NCBI GenBank assembly: GCA_050747305.1 | Contig: JBOGNS010000009.1 | Coordinates: forward strand, 1 to 61,265 | Direction of reading: 5' to 3' | Origin: Candidatus Acidiferrales bacterium | GTDB lineage: Bacteria; Acidobacteriota; Terriglobia; Acidiferrales; UBA7541 | DNA: 61,265 bases | In this document: positions 1 to 8,891 of the stretch, one piece after another | Position numbering within the stretch: the first letter of the stretch is position 1 | Layout: each line of letters starts with the position of its first letter | Made by a program: the position numbers and the translations under genes | Notes under the pieces: generated by a model | Database searches by the model: none | What the model was told of the DNA's origin: nothing | The model's input: the letters and a program-made list of their open reading frames with translations, nothing else

Positions 1-3
1 GCG

Positions 4-140
4 GTGAATTCCGTGCAGCGCACGGCGCGAAACTGCCACCGAATGGGCGCGTCCCGAACCCCAGTGGCACAGGCTTTTCAGCCTGTGTGCCTTGTTGGCG
101 CGAGTGAATTCCACAGAGCGAACAGGCTGAAAGCCTGTTC
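4..140. repeat. REP-like hairpin pair (CACAGGC-TTTTCA-GCCTGTG at 68-87; GAACAGGC-TGAAA-GCCTGTTC at 120-140), each preceded by the direct repeat GTGAATTCC (4-12, 104-112)
   Basis: Stems and direct repeats read directly. The second hairpin lies immediately 3' of the lpdA stop on the minus strand. Confidence 0.6.
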
Positions 141-142
141 CA

Positions 143-1570
143 CTATTTACGTTTCGCGGTGGCGAAGTGAGTGCTCTGGCCGAAGTAAACTTCGGCGGCT
201 TCCATCACCGTTTCCGAGAGCGTGGGATGCGGGTGGATGGTGAGCCTCAGGTCGCCGGCGACGCAATCCATCTCGATGGCCAGCACGCCCTCGGCGATCA
301 GCTCGCCCGCGCCGTAGCCCACGATGCCGACGCCGAGCACGCGCTCGGTGGCGGGATCAATCAGCAGCTTGGTGGCGCCGTCGTTGCGATCGTTGGCGGT
401 GGCGCGGCCGGAAGCGCCCCACGGGAAACGCGCCACTTTGTATTCGCGGTTCTGCTCCTTGGCCTGCGTTTCGGTGAGGCCGGCCCAGGCGATCTCCGGG
501 TCTGTGAAAACGACGGCGGGAATGGCGCGCGGCTCAAACACTGTCTTGTGCCCGCCAATGGCTTCCACTGCGACGCGCGCTTCGTGCGACGCCTTGTGCG
601 CCAGCATCGGCTCGCCGGCCACGTCGCCGATGGCGAAGATGGTCGGCTCAGCGGTGCGGCGCTGGCCGTCGGTTTCGATGAAGCCTTTCTTGTTTACTTT
701 CACTTTCGTTTTATCGAGGCCGGGGATTTTCGAGTTGGGCGTGCGGCCCACGGAAACCAGCACCGCGTCGAAAGTTTTCTCTTTCTCCTTTACGTCGCCG
801 TCGAACTTCACGCGGATGCCATCCTTAGCTTCCTTCATCTCCGCGACTTTGGTGTTGAGCAGGATGCCTTCCCAATTGGCTTCGAGGCGTTTGGCGAGCA
901 CGTTGACCAGGTCGCGGTCGGCGCCGGGCAGCAGGCCGGGCATCATCTCCACCACGGTGACCTTTGAGCCGAGTGCGTGGTACACCGTGCCCAGTTCCAG
1001 CCCGATGTAGCCGCCGCCAATCACCAGCAGCGACTTGGGCACGCTGGGCAAATCGAGCGCGGACGTGGAGTCCCACACCCGGTCGCTATCGACCGACAGG
1101 CTGGGAATCTTCGTCGGCTTCGAGCCGGTGGCGAGTATGATTGCGTCGAAGGTGAGCTTCTCTTCCCCGCCGGATTTTTTCGCCACCTTCAGCGTGCGGC
1201 CGTCCACGATTTCGGCGAGTCCCTGAATGTACTTCACGTTTCGTTGCTTGGAGAGCTGGCCGAGGCCGCCGGTATTCTTCTTCACCACATTTTCTTTGAA
1301 CGCGCGCAGCTTATCGAGATTGATCTTCGGCTTGCCGAACTCGATGCCCCATTGCGCGGCGTGCTGCGCTTCAGTAATCAGCACCGCGACGTGCAGCAGC
1401 GCCTTCGAGGGGATGCACCCGCGATAAAGACACACGCCGCCGGGATTCGCTTCCTCGTCAATCAGTGTGGCGGTCATGCCGAGGTCCGCGGCGTAAAATG
1501 CCGCCGCGTAACCGCCCGGGCCACCGCCTACCACCGCGATGTTCTTGTTGTAGTCGCCGCTCATCCGCAC
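143..1570 (-). CDS. lpdA: dihydrolipoyl dehydrogenase (E3)
   Basis: 475-aa ORF. FAD fold VVGGGPGGYAAAF, redox-active disulfide GGVCLYRGCIPSK and C-terminal HPHPTLSE. Lies downstream of the E1/E2 genes on the same strand. Confidence 0.95.
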   Translation of the reverse strand: MRMSGDYNKNIAVVGGGPGGYAAAFYAADLGMTATLIDEEANPGGVCLYRGCIPSKALLHVAVLITEAQHAAQWGIEFGKPKINLDKLRAFKENVVKKNTGGLGQLSKQRNVKYIQGLAEIVDGRTLKVAKKSGGEEKLTFDAIILATGSKPTKIPSLSVDSDRVWDSTSALDLPSVPKSLLVIGGGYIGLELGTVYHALGSKVTVVEMMPGLLPGADRDLVNVLAKRLEANWEGILLNTKVAEMKEAKDGIRVKFDGDVKEKEKTFDAVLVSVGRTPNSKIPGLDKTKVKVNKKGFIETDGQRRTAEPTIFAIGDVAGEPMLAHKASHEARVAVEAIGGHKTVFEPRAIPAVVFTDPEIAWAGLTETQAKEQNREYKVARFPWGASGRATANDRNDGATKLLIDPATERVLGVGIVGYGAGELIAEGVLAIEMDCVAGDLRLTIHPHPTLSETVMEAAEVYFGQSTHFATAKRK

Positions 1571-1582
1571 GCTCCGTCACAC

Positions 1583-1683
1583 GTAGGGGCGCCCCTTTGG
1601 CCGCCCTATTCGCGGCCGCCCTAGCCTGTGGCCGCCCTGGTCCATGCGCGAAAGAATGGGCGCACACAGAGGCGCGCCCCTAC
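1583..1683. repeat. GTAGG...CCTAC-bounded REP/MITE-like element (about 101 bp)
   Basis: GTAGGGGCGCCCC at 1583 and GGCGCGCCCCTAC ending at 1683 are inverted copies. Fills the aceF-lpdA intergenic space. Confidence 0.7.
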
Positions 1684-1706
1684 CAAGAAAACGAATCGGT
1701 CGCTGC

Positions 1707-3092
1707 TCACCCTTCGAACGACAGCAAGAACGGCTGCTCGAATGCCTCGACGACCCAGCGCAGGAAACGCGCCGCATCCGCGCCGTCAATTATGCGATGG
1801 TCATAGGAAAGCGAAAGCGGCAGCAGCGAGCGCGGCTCGAAATGGCCGTCCACGTGCACCGGCTCGGTGCGCGCGCGCGAAATTCCCAGGATGGCCACCT
1901 CCGGCGAATTCACGATAGGTGAAAAGTGCGTGCCGCCGATGCCACCCAGATTGGTGATGGTGAAGACGCCGCCTTGCATCTCTTCCAGCGTAAGCTTGCC
2001 GGCGCGCGACTTCTCGGCGAGTTTGCCGAGCTCGATGGAAAGCTCGAGAATGTTTTTGTGGTCGGCGTCGCGAATCACCGGCACCAGCAGGCCGCGCTCG
2101 GTATCAACGGCCACACCGATGTGGCAATACTTCTTGTAGATGATTTCTTCGCGCGCCAGATCGATGCTGGAGGCGAACTGCGGGAAAACTTTCAGCGCCG
2201 AGGCGGCCACCTTCAGCGCGATGGCCGTCATGGTGAGCTTGCCACCGGCCTGCTCGACTTTGGGGCCGAGCTTCTTCTGCATTTCGCTCAGGATGCTGAC
2301 GTCGGCCTTGTCGTGGTTGGTGACGTGCGGAATCGTCTGCCACGCATGGCTCAGGTGACGCGCGGTGGCGCGGCGAATGCCGGTCATGCCTTTGCGTTCG
2401 ACCGTGCCCCACTTTGAAAAATCCGGGAGCGACGGCGCCGCCACAGCCGGCCCTCCCGTAGCGCGGGTCTGCATCGCGGCTTTGACGTGGGCCTTGACGT
2501 CTTCGATGGAGATGCGCCCGCGCTCGCCGCTGCCGCGCACCGCGTGAACATCCACGCCGAGTTCGCGCGCCAGGCGCCGCACGGAAGGAGCGGCAGGAGC
2601 GGGCGCGCCTTTGGCGGGCTCAGGCTCCGCTTCGGCCAGCGGCTTCGCCACGGCTGGCTCACGCGACGGCTTTTCTTCTTTCGCCGGTTGCGCCTCGGCA
2701 ACTTCTGACTTGGCCGGCGTTTCGGCTTCTTGCGCTTCCGGCGCGACGGCGGCGGCCTTCGCTTCCTTCTTTTCTGCCGGTCGCCGTTCTTCTTTTTCTT
2801 CCTTCTTCTTTGCCGTTTCCGGCTTGGCTTCTTTTTTCTCGGCGGGAGCGGCGGCGCCGTCGTCAATGGTGAGAATCAATTCTCCGACTTTAACCTTCTG
2901 ACCCTGCTTGACGTGCACCTGCTTCACGGTGCCGGCGGCAGGAGAAGGCACTTCGATGGTGGCCTTCTCGGTTTCTAGCTCGACCACGGCCTGGTCTTTG
3001 GCGATGGAGTCACCCGGGGCAACGAGGATTTTGGTGACGTCGCCGGATTCGACGTTTTCGCCTAGCTCGGGGAGTTTGAACTCTGTCGGCAC
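1707..3092 (-). CDS. aceF: dihydrolipoamide acetyltransferase (E2) of pyruvate dehydrogenase complex
   Basis: 461 aa. One lipoyl domain (VELETEKATIEVPSP), an Ala/Pro/Lys/Glu-rich linker, an E3-binding segment PSVRRLARELGVD and the catalytic SYDHRIIDGA motif. Confidence 0.93.
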   Translation of the reverse strand: MPTEFKLPELGENVESGDVTKILVAPGDSIAKDQAVVELETEKATIEVPSPAAGTVKQVHVKQGQKVKVGELILTIDDGAAAPAEKKEAKPETAKKKEEKEERRPAEKKEAKAAAVAPEAQEAETPAKSEVAEAQPAKEEKPSREPAVAKPLAEAEPEPAKGAPAPAAPSVRRLARELGVDVHAVRGSGERGRISIEDVKAHVKAAMQTRATGGPAVAAPSLPDFSKWGTVERKGMTGIRRATARHLSHAWQTIPHVTNHDKADVSILSEMQKKLGPKVEQAGGKLTMTAIALKVAASALKVFPQFASSIDLAREEIIYKKYCHIGVAVDTERGLLVPVIRDADHKNILELSIELGKLAEKSRAGKLTLEEMQGGVFTITNLGGIGGTHFSPIVNSPEVAILGISRARTEPVHVDGHFEPRSLLPLSLSYDHRIIDGADAARFLRWVVEAFEQPFLLSFEG

Positions 3093-3114
3093 GATTCGTA
3101 GCCTTTTGAGAGAA

Positions 3115-3171
3115 AGTGGCTAGTGGTTTCAGCTGGACTCTTACTAGCCAACTAGTTAGACACTAGCCACT
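3115..3171. repeat. 11-bp perfect inverted repeat (AGTGGCTAGTG / CACTAGCCACT) between aceE and aceF
   Basis: Arms at 3115-3125 and 3161-3171 are exact reverse complements. ACTAG-rich sequence lies between them. Confidence 0.6.
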
Positions 3172-3176
3172 ATCCC

Positions 3177-5909
3177 CTATGAAGTCATCGGGTTCAGCTT
3201 GTCTGGATTGATTCCCAACTCTTTGATCGCTTTCTCGGCCACGGAAGTCTCAATCTGCTTCTCTCGCGCCAGCTCGGCAAGCGTGGCCAGCGCAACAAAC
3301 TTCGCATCCACCTCGAAAAAGTCGCGCAGCGAGGCGCGGCCTTCACTGCGGCCAAAGCCGTCGGTGCCGAGGCACGCCACGCGCCGCGGGCACCACTTGG
3401 CAATCAGATTCGGCAGCGCCTTCATGTAATCCGACGCGGCCACCAGCACACCCGGCGCGTCGGCGAGGCATTCGGTGACGTAGGGCGTGCGCGCGGGCTT
3501 GCCGGGATGCAGCATGTTCCAGCGCTCCACGTCCAGCCCATCGCGGTACAACTGCTTGTAACTGGTCACGCTCCACACGTCGGCGGCAACGCCATATTTC
3601 CCGAGCATCTCCTGCGCCACGAGCACTTCGTGCAGGATCGCACCGGAGCCGAAGAGTTGCGCGCGCAACTTGCTCCCGCCGTTCTGCGCCGCGCGCACGC
3701 GATACATCCCGCGCAGAATGCCCTCGCGCGCGCCATCGGGCATGGCCGGATGCGCGTAAGGCTCGTTCATCACCGTGATGTAGTAGAAGATGCTCTCCTG
3801 CTCTTTGTACATGCGGCGGATACCGTCTTCGATAATCACCGCGATTTCGTAGGCGAACGCTGGATCGTATGTCCGCACGTTGGGCACGGTGAGCGCCAGC
3901 ACGTGGCTGTGGCCGTCCTGATGCTGGAGTCCTTCGCCGGCCAGCGTAGTGCGTCCTGAGGTGCCGCCGAGCATGAAGCCGCGGCAGCGCGTGTCTGCGG
4001 CCGCCCAAATCAGATCACCGATGCGCTGGAAGCCAAACATCGAATAAAAAATGAAAAACGGAATGGTGTTGATGCCATGCGTGGCCGGTGCGGAACCGGC
4101 GGCGATGAACGACGACATCGAGCCGGCTTCCGTGATGCCTTCCTCTAGAATTTGTCCGTCCGTGGATTCTTTGTAGTAGAGCAGCGTGTCCATGTCCACC
4201 GGCTCGTAGAGCTGGCCGACGTGCGAATAGATGCCGACCTGGCGGAACAGCGACTCCATGCCGAAGGTGCGCGCTTCGTCGGGCACGATGGGCACGACGA
4301 GCTTGCCGATTTCCTTGTCGCGCAGCAGCTTGGCCAGCATGCGAACGAAAGCCATGGTGGTGGCGATCTCGCGGCCATCGGTGCCCTTGTGGAACTCATC
4401 GAACAGGTCGCCGAACTCCGCTTTGATGGGCTTGGAGCGCTGCTTGCGAGCCGGCACGAAACCGCCAAGCTCTTCGCGGCGCGCGCGGATGTATTGGACT
4501 TCGGGACTGTCCTCCGGCGGGCGATAGAACGGGGCCTTGGCGACATCTTGGTCATCCACCGGGATGCCGAAACGAGCGCGGAACTCGCGAAGCTCATCCT
4601 CGTTCAGCTTCTTCTGCTGGTGAGTGATGTTCCTACCTTCACCGCTCTCGCCCAGGCCGTAGCCCTTGATGGTGCGCGCGAGAATCACGGTGGGTGCGCC
4701 TTTGTGCTCCACGGCCGCGCGGAAGGCAGCATAAACTTTTTTCGGGTCGTGGCCGCCGAGGCGCATGCGGCGGAGTTGTTCGTCGGAGAGATGCTCCACC
4801 ATCTTGAGCAGCCGCTCGTCGTGCCCGAAAAACTTTTCGCGAAAGTAAGCGCCGGACTCCACCACCAGCTTCTGATACTCACCGTCAACGATCTCGCCCA
4901 TGCGCTGCACCAGCGCACCGTCCGTGTCCTTCTCGATGAGCGGATCCCAATCGCTGCCCCACAGCACTTTGATCACATTCCAGCCGGCGCCGCGGAAGCT
5001 GGCTTCCAGCTCCTGAATGATCTGGCCATTGCCGCGCACCGGACCATCGAGCCGCTGGAGGTTGCAGTTGACAACGAAGATCAGGTTGTCGAGTTTCTCG
5101 CGTGAGGCCAGCGTGATGGCGCCGAGTGATTCCGGCTCATCGGTCTCGCCGTCGCCGAGGAAAGCCCACACTTTGGCGTCGCTGTGCGGTTTGAGGCCGC
5201 GGTCTTCGAGGTAGCGATTGAACCGCGCCTGGTAGATGGCCATGATGGGGCTCAAGCCCATCGAGACCGTGGGGAACTCCCAGAACTCGGGCATCAGCCA
5301 CGGGTGCGGATAGGAGGATAGACCGCCGCCGGGACGCAACTCGCGGCGGAAATTCTCCAGTTGCTCGACGGAGAGCCGGCCCTCGAGGAATGCGCGGGCG
5401 TATATTCCCGGCGCGGCGTGACCTTGAAAATAAATCGTGTCGCCTTCGAAGTTTTCGCTACGCGCGCGAAAGAAATGGTTGAAGCCGATTTCGTAGAGCG
5501 TCGCTGCCGACGCATAGGTGGAAATGTGGCCGCCGATGCCGCTTTCCTGCTTATTGGCCCGCACCACCATGGCCAGCGCGTTCCAGCGCACTAGGCTCTT
5601 GATGCGCCGCTCGATTTCCTGGCTTCCGGGAAAAGGCGGCTGATGCTCAGTGTTGATAGTGTTGACGTAGGGAGTATTGGCGGTGAACGGGATTTGAACG
5701 CCGGCGAGCTTGGCGTGGACACGCAGGTGCTCGAGGAGGACGCGCGCGCGCTCGGGGCCGCCATCCTGAAGGACGTAATCGAGCGACTCCCGCCACTCGC
5801 GTAACTCGGTCTTTTCCAGTTGGCTCAGCTCGCGCGGCAGCTCTCTCTTTTTTGCCGCCGCCTCTACGGACGCAGCCTCCTTCGTCCGTTCCACCACTGT
5901 ACTCGCCAT
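3177..5909 (-). CDS. aceE: pyruvate dehydrogenase E1 component, homodimeric type
   Basis: The ORF runs to 6035. The ATG at 5909 (MASTVVERTKE...) is preferred because the upstream extension crosses a REP hairpin. ThDP motif FLGDGETDEPESLG; about 910 aa, typical of AceE. Confidence 0.9.
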   Translation of the reverse strand: MASTVVERTKEAASVEAAAKKRELPRELSQLEKTELREWRESLDYVLQDGGPERARVLLEHLRVHAKLAGVQIPFTANTPYVNTINTEHQPPFPGSQEIERRIKSLVRWNALAMVVRANKQESGIGGHISTYASAATLYEIGFNHFFRARSENFEGDTIYFQGHAAPGIYARAFLEGRLSVEQLENFRRELRPGGGLSSYPHPWLMPEFWEFPTVSMGLSPIMAIYQARFNRYLEDRGLKPHSDAKVWAFLGDGETDEPESLGAITLASREKLDNLIFVVNCNLQRLDGPVRGNGQIIQELEASFRGAGWNVIKVLWGSDWDPLIEKDTDGALVQRMGEIVDGEYQKLVVESGAYFREKFFGHDERLLKMVEHLSDEQLRRMRLGGHDPKKVYAAFRAAVEHKGAPTVILARTIKGYGLGESGEGRNITHQQKKLNEDELREFRARFGIPVDDQDVAKAPFYRPPEDSPEVQYIRARREELGGFVPARKQRSKPIKAEFGDLFDEFHKGTDGREIATTMAFVRMLAKLLRDKEIGKLVVPIVPDEARTFGMESLFRQVGIYSHVGQLYEPVDMDTLLYYKESTDGQILEEGITEAGSMSSFIAAGSAPATHGINTIPFFIFYSMFGFQRIGDLIWAAADTRCRGFMLGGTSGRTTLAGEGLQHQDGHSHVLALTVPNVRTYDPAFAYEIAVIIEDGIRRMYKEQESIFYYITVMNEPYAHPAMPDGAREGILRGMYRVRAAQNGGSKLRAQLFGSGAILHEVLVAQEMLGKYGVAADVWSVTSYKQLYRDGLDVERWNMLHPGKPARTPYVTECLADAPGVLVAASDYMKALPNLIAKWCPRRVACLGTDGFGRSEGRASLRDFFEVDAKFVALATLAELAREKQIETSVAEKAIKELGINPDKLNPMTS

Positions 5910-5996
5910 ACGGCGCTCCTCACTCTCTCGAATCCAACCATTATATGCGTTGCTGACCAATTTCCAAAGAAACGTAGACAGGCGCCGCCATGAAAA

Positions 5997-6025
5997 CAAA
6001 GCGGCAGCTTTGCTGCCGCACTCCA
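5997..6025. repeat. REP hairpin of the GGAGTGCGGC family (CAAAGCGGCAGC-TTT-GCTGCCGCACTCCA)
   Basis: Stem GCGGCAGC/GCTGCCGC read directly. Related copies at 17255, 48870, 49368 and 51461. Confidence 0.65.
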
Positions 6026-6069
6026 CATAAACCATCTGCTACACTCGCGTATTTCGACGGAGAGAATCA

Positions 6070-7473
6070 GTGCAACAGATATTCTTGCCTGCCGCGGAGA
6101 TGGCCAAGCTCGTAGCCGAGCGCAAGCTCTCCGCAGTAGAGCTGACGCAAGCGCACCTGGCGCGCATCGAGCAGCTTCAACCAAAGCTGAACGCGTTTGT
6201 GCATGTTGACGCCGAAGGCGCGCTCGCCGCGGCGCGCGCCGCCGACGCGGCCATGGCCCGTGGTGACGCGCTGGGGCCGCTACACGGCGTGCCGCTCACC
6301 ATCAAAAGCTCGATCGATGTGGCTGGCTGGCCGTGCGAAACGGGCTCGCGGCTGCGCGCAGGTAACATCCCGCAAACCGATGCCACGCTGGTGCGCCGCC
6401 TGAAGAAGGCGGGCGCGGTTCTGCTCGGCAACACAAACGTGGCCGAGATGCTGATGGCCTACGAGAGCGACAACCTCTTGTATGGCCGCACCAGCAACCC
6501 GTGGGACCTTTCGCGCACCGCTGGCGGCTCCTCCGGGGGCGAATCGGCGGCGATCGCGGCAGGCTGTTCAGCGGGCGGCGTAGGCAGCGATGGCGGCGGG
6601 TCGATTCGCGTACCCGCACACTTCACTGGGATCTGTGGACTGAAGCCCACGCCCGGACGCATACCAGCGAGCGGCCACTTTCCGGTTTCCAGCGGGCCCT
6701 TCGCGCAGTTGGGCGTCGTGGGTCCAATGGCGCGTACCGTAGACGATGTCGAGATGCTCGCGCATGTGATGACCGGCTTCGACGATGGCGACGTGAAGTC
6801 CACACCGCTGGCATGGCGTCGTGTGCGTGATGAAGAGGCCAAGCGGCTGCGCGTCGGGTTCTTCGAAGACGACGGCATCGTGGCCGTCACACCCGAGACG
6901 CGCGCGGCCGTTCAAACGGCCGCAAAGGCCCTGACCGAGCAAGGCTTCACGGTTGAGCCGTTTCGTCCGGATGCCCTTGAAGCGATGCGCGAAACGTGGT
7001 GGTTTTTCTTCGGAGTTTGCGTCAATCACGTTCTGCGCCCGATGTACGACGGGCGCGAGGCGGACATCAGCCCTCCGCTGCGCGCGTTCTTTGACCGCGC
7101 CGGCAGCGAGCCGCCGCTGACATCATCATCATTGCTCGATGCATGGTTCACGCGCGATGCGCTCACGCTCGCGCTGCGTCGGCAGATGGAGCAGTTCCCC
7201 ATCCTGCTATGCCCTGTCGCTTCCGGTCCGGCATTCCTGCACGGACAGGGCGGCTGGGCGCCGCCCGCGTTAAACTATGCCCAGGCCATGCGCTACTGCC
7301 AGTGGTTCAATCTTACCGGCAACCCGGGCGCGGTGGCGCCGGTGGGCCGCTCGCCGGAGGGCTTGCCCATCGGCGTGCAGATTGTGGCGCGGCATCATCA
7401 CGACGAGGAGGCACTCGCCGTGGCCCGTGCAATCGAACGAGCCACCGGCGGCTTCCAGCGACCACCGCTGTAG
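6070..7473 (+). CDS. amidase-signature family amidase
   Basis: 467 aa with a GTG start. Amidase signature GGSSGGESAAIAAG...GSDGGGSIRVPA and Lys in LTIKSSIDV. Confidence 0.85.
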   Translation: MQQIFLPAAEMAKLVAERKLSAVELTQAHLARIEQLQPKLNAFVHVDAEGALAAARAADAAMARGDALGPLHGVPLTIKSSIDVAGWPCETGSRLRAGNIPQTDATLVRRLKKAGAVLLGNTNVAEMLMAYESDNLLYGRTSNPWDLSRTAGGSSGGESAAIAAGCSAGGVGSDGGGSIRVPAHFTGICGLKPTPGRIPASGHFPVSSGPFAQLGVVGPMARTVDDVEMLAHVMTGFDDGDVKSTPLAWRRVRDEEAKRLRVGFFEDDGIVAVTPETRAAVQTAAKALTEQGFTVEPFRPDALEAMRETWWFFFGVCVNHVLRPMYDGREADISPPLRAFFDRAGSEPPLTSSSLLDAWFTRDALTLALRRQMEQFPILLCPVASGPAFLHGQGGWAPPALNYAQAMRYCQWFNLTGNPGAVAPVGRSPEGLPIGVQIVARHHHDEEALAVARAIERATGGFQRPPL

Positions 7474-7630
7474 GGGCGGGCCCCTGTGCCCGCCCCTTGC
7501 GGCGTGCAGAGCACCTTGTGCCTTTGTATTAAGGAAGGGGCAGACACAGGTCGCCGTAGGAGTCTTTCAACACAATCGCCCTTGTGCCTTTGTATTAGGG
7601 AAGGGGCAGACACAGGGGTCTGCCCCTACG
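7470..7630. repeat. composite GTAGG...CCTAC-bounded REP array (about 161 bp) with an internal direct repeat of about 37 bp
   Basis: GTAGGGGCGGGCCCCTGTGCCCGCCCC at 7470-7496. CCTTGTGCCTTTGTATTA(A/G)GGAAGGGGCAGACACAGG occurs twice (7513-7550 and 7580-7617). Ends in GGGGTCTGCCCCTAC at 7630. Confidence 0.8.
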
Positions 7631-7642
7631 CACGAACGAACC

Positions 7643-8818
7643 GTGGCGAGCACCAGCAAAATCGGCATCCTCACCGGCGGCGGTGATGTCCCCGGCCTCA
7701 ACTCCGTGATCAAGTCCGTGGTGTACCGCGCCAGTGAAATGAACCGCGGGGTGATTGGCATCCGCAAAGGCTGGGAAGGGCTCACGCACCTCAATCCATC
7801 GAATGAGCTCGACCCATCCTACGTGCTGCAGCTTACGCGCGAGAACACCCGCACCATCGACCGGCGCGGCGGCACCGTGCTGCACACGTCGCGCACCAAC
7901 CCGCAGCGCATGAAGCACAACCGCCTGCCCGGCCACCTGTCGCACGCCGAAATCGACACCTTGCAGCGCAACGGCGACTATCTCGACCTCACACCCATCG
8001 TGCTGCGCAATCTCGAGCGGCTCGGCATCGGCTGCCTGATTGCCATCGGCGGCGACGACACCCTCACCTTTGCCGCGCGGCTGAACCGCGAAGGCTTCCC
8101 GGTGATCGCCATTCCCAAAACGATGGACAACGATGTGCAAGGCACCGAATACTGCATTGGCTTCTCCACCGCCATCACCCGCGCGCGCGAGTTGATTACG
8201 CGCCAGCGCACCACACTCGGCTCGCACGAACGCATCGGCATCTTCCGCATCTTCGGGCGCGATGCGGGTTATACCGCGCTTTACACCGGGTACGTCACGT
8301 CCGCGCGCTGTCTGATCCCTGAGTACGCATTCGATCTCGACCGGCTGTGCGCGTTGCTGATGGAGGACAAGCGCAACAACCCCAGCAATTACTCGCTGGT
8401 AGTGGTCTCGGAGGGCGCGGTGTGGCAGGGCCAGCAAGTGGCCGATTACGGCGAAACCGACGCCTACGGCCACAAGAAGAAAGTCGATATCGGCCACGCG
8501 CTCGCCGCGGAAGTCAGTCGCCGTACCGGCGAAGACACTATGGTCAGCGATCTCACCTACGACTTGCGCAGCGGCGAGCCGGATGCAGTGGATACGCTGG
8601 TCGGCAACACGTTCGCGAATATCGCGCTCGACTTGCTCGCCGGCAATACCACCGGCCGTATGACTGCGATCCGCGACGGCCGCTATGCGCACTCGCCGCT
8701 GCCCGACCCCACACTCGGCCCGCGCAAAGTGGACGTAACCTCGCTCTACAATACCGAACGCTATCGCCCCAATTACGCCAGCAAGCTCGGCGCGCCCCTG
8801 CTCCTCGATGCGATCTGA
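7643..8818 (+). CDS. pfp: 6-phosphofructokinase, probably pyrophosphate-dependent
   Basis: GTG at 7643 gives VASTSKIGILTGGGDVPGLNS..., a typical PFK N-terminus. Has IGGDDT (Asp rather than Gly) and PKTMDND (Lys rather than Gly). The ORF track opens at 7277, but that extension is translated REP sequence. Confidence 0.85.
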   Translation: MASTSKIGILTGGGDVPGLNSVIKSVVYRASEMNRGVIGIRKGWEGLTHLNPSNELDPSYVLQLTRENTRTIDRRGGTVLHTSRTNPQRMKHNRLPGHLSHAEIDTLQRNGDYLDLTPIVLRNLERLGIGCLIAIGGDDTLTFAARLNREGFPVIAIPKTMDNDVQGTEYCIGFSTAITRARELITRQRTTLGSHERIGIFRIFGRDAGYTALYTGYVTSARCLIPEYAFDLDRLCALLMEDKRNNPSNYSLVVVSEGAVWQGQQVADYGETDAYGHKKKVDIGHALAAEVSRRTGEDTMVSDLTYDLRSGEPDAVDTLVGNTFANIALDLLAGNTTGRMTAIRDGRYAHSPLPDPTLGPRKVDVTSLYNTERYRPNYASKLGAPLLLDAI

Positions 8819-8891
8819 AGCTGCGGTTTTTTGGCGTTGACACTCCACCGGCAAGTGTGAAAACTTTGAAGCCTCCAGGGGTGAAGCCTGC

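Noticed and set aside
5910-6035. N-terminal 42-codon extension of aceE
   Set aside because: It runs through a REP hairpin (5997-6025) and overlaps the divergent amidase promoter region. The ATG at 5909 gives a normal AceE N-terminus.
7277-7642. N-terminal 122-codon extension of the PFK ORF
   Set aside because: It consists of translated REP array sequence (…CAFVLRKGQTQ… repeated). The PFK-like sequence begins at the GTG at 7643.
8837-8865. Sigma70 promoter upstream of the cytochrome gene (TTGACA-17 nt-AAAACT)
   Set aside because: The -35 is perfect, but the -10 matches only 3/6 and has no supporting features. This is too weak to report as a feature.
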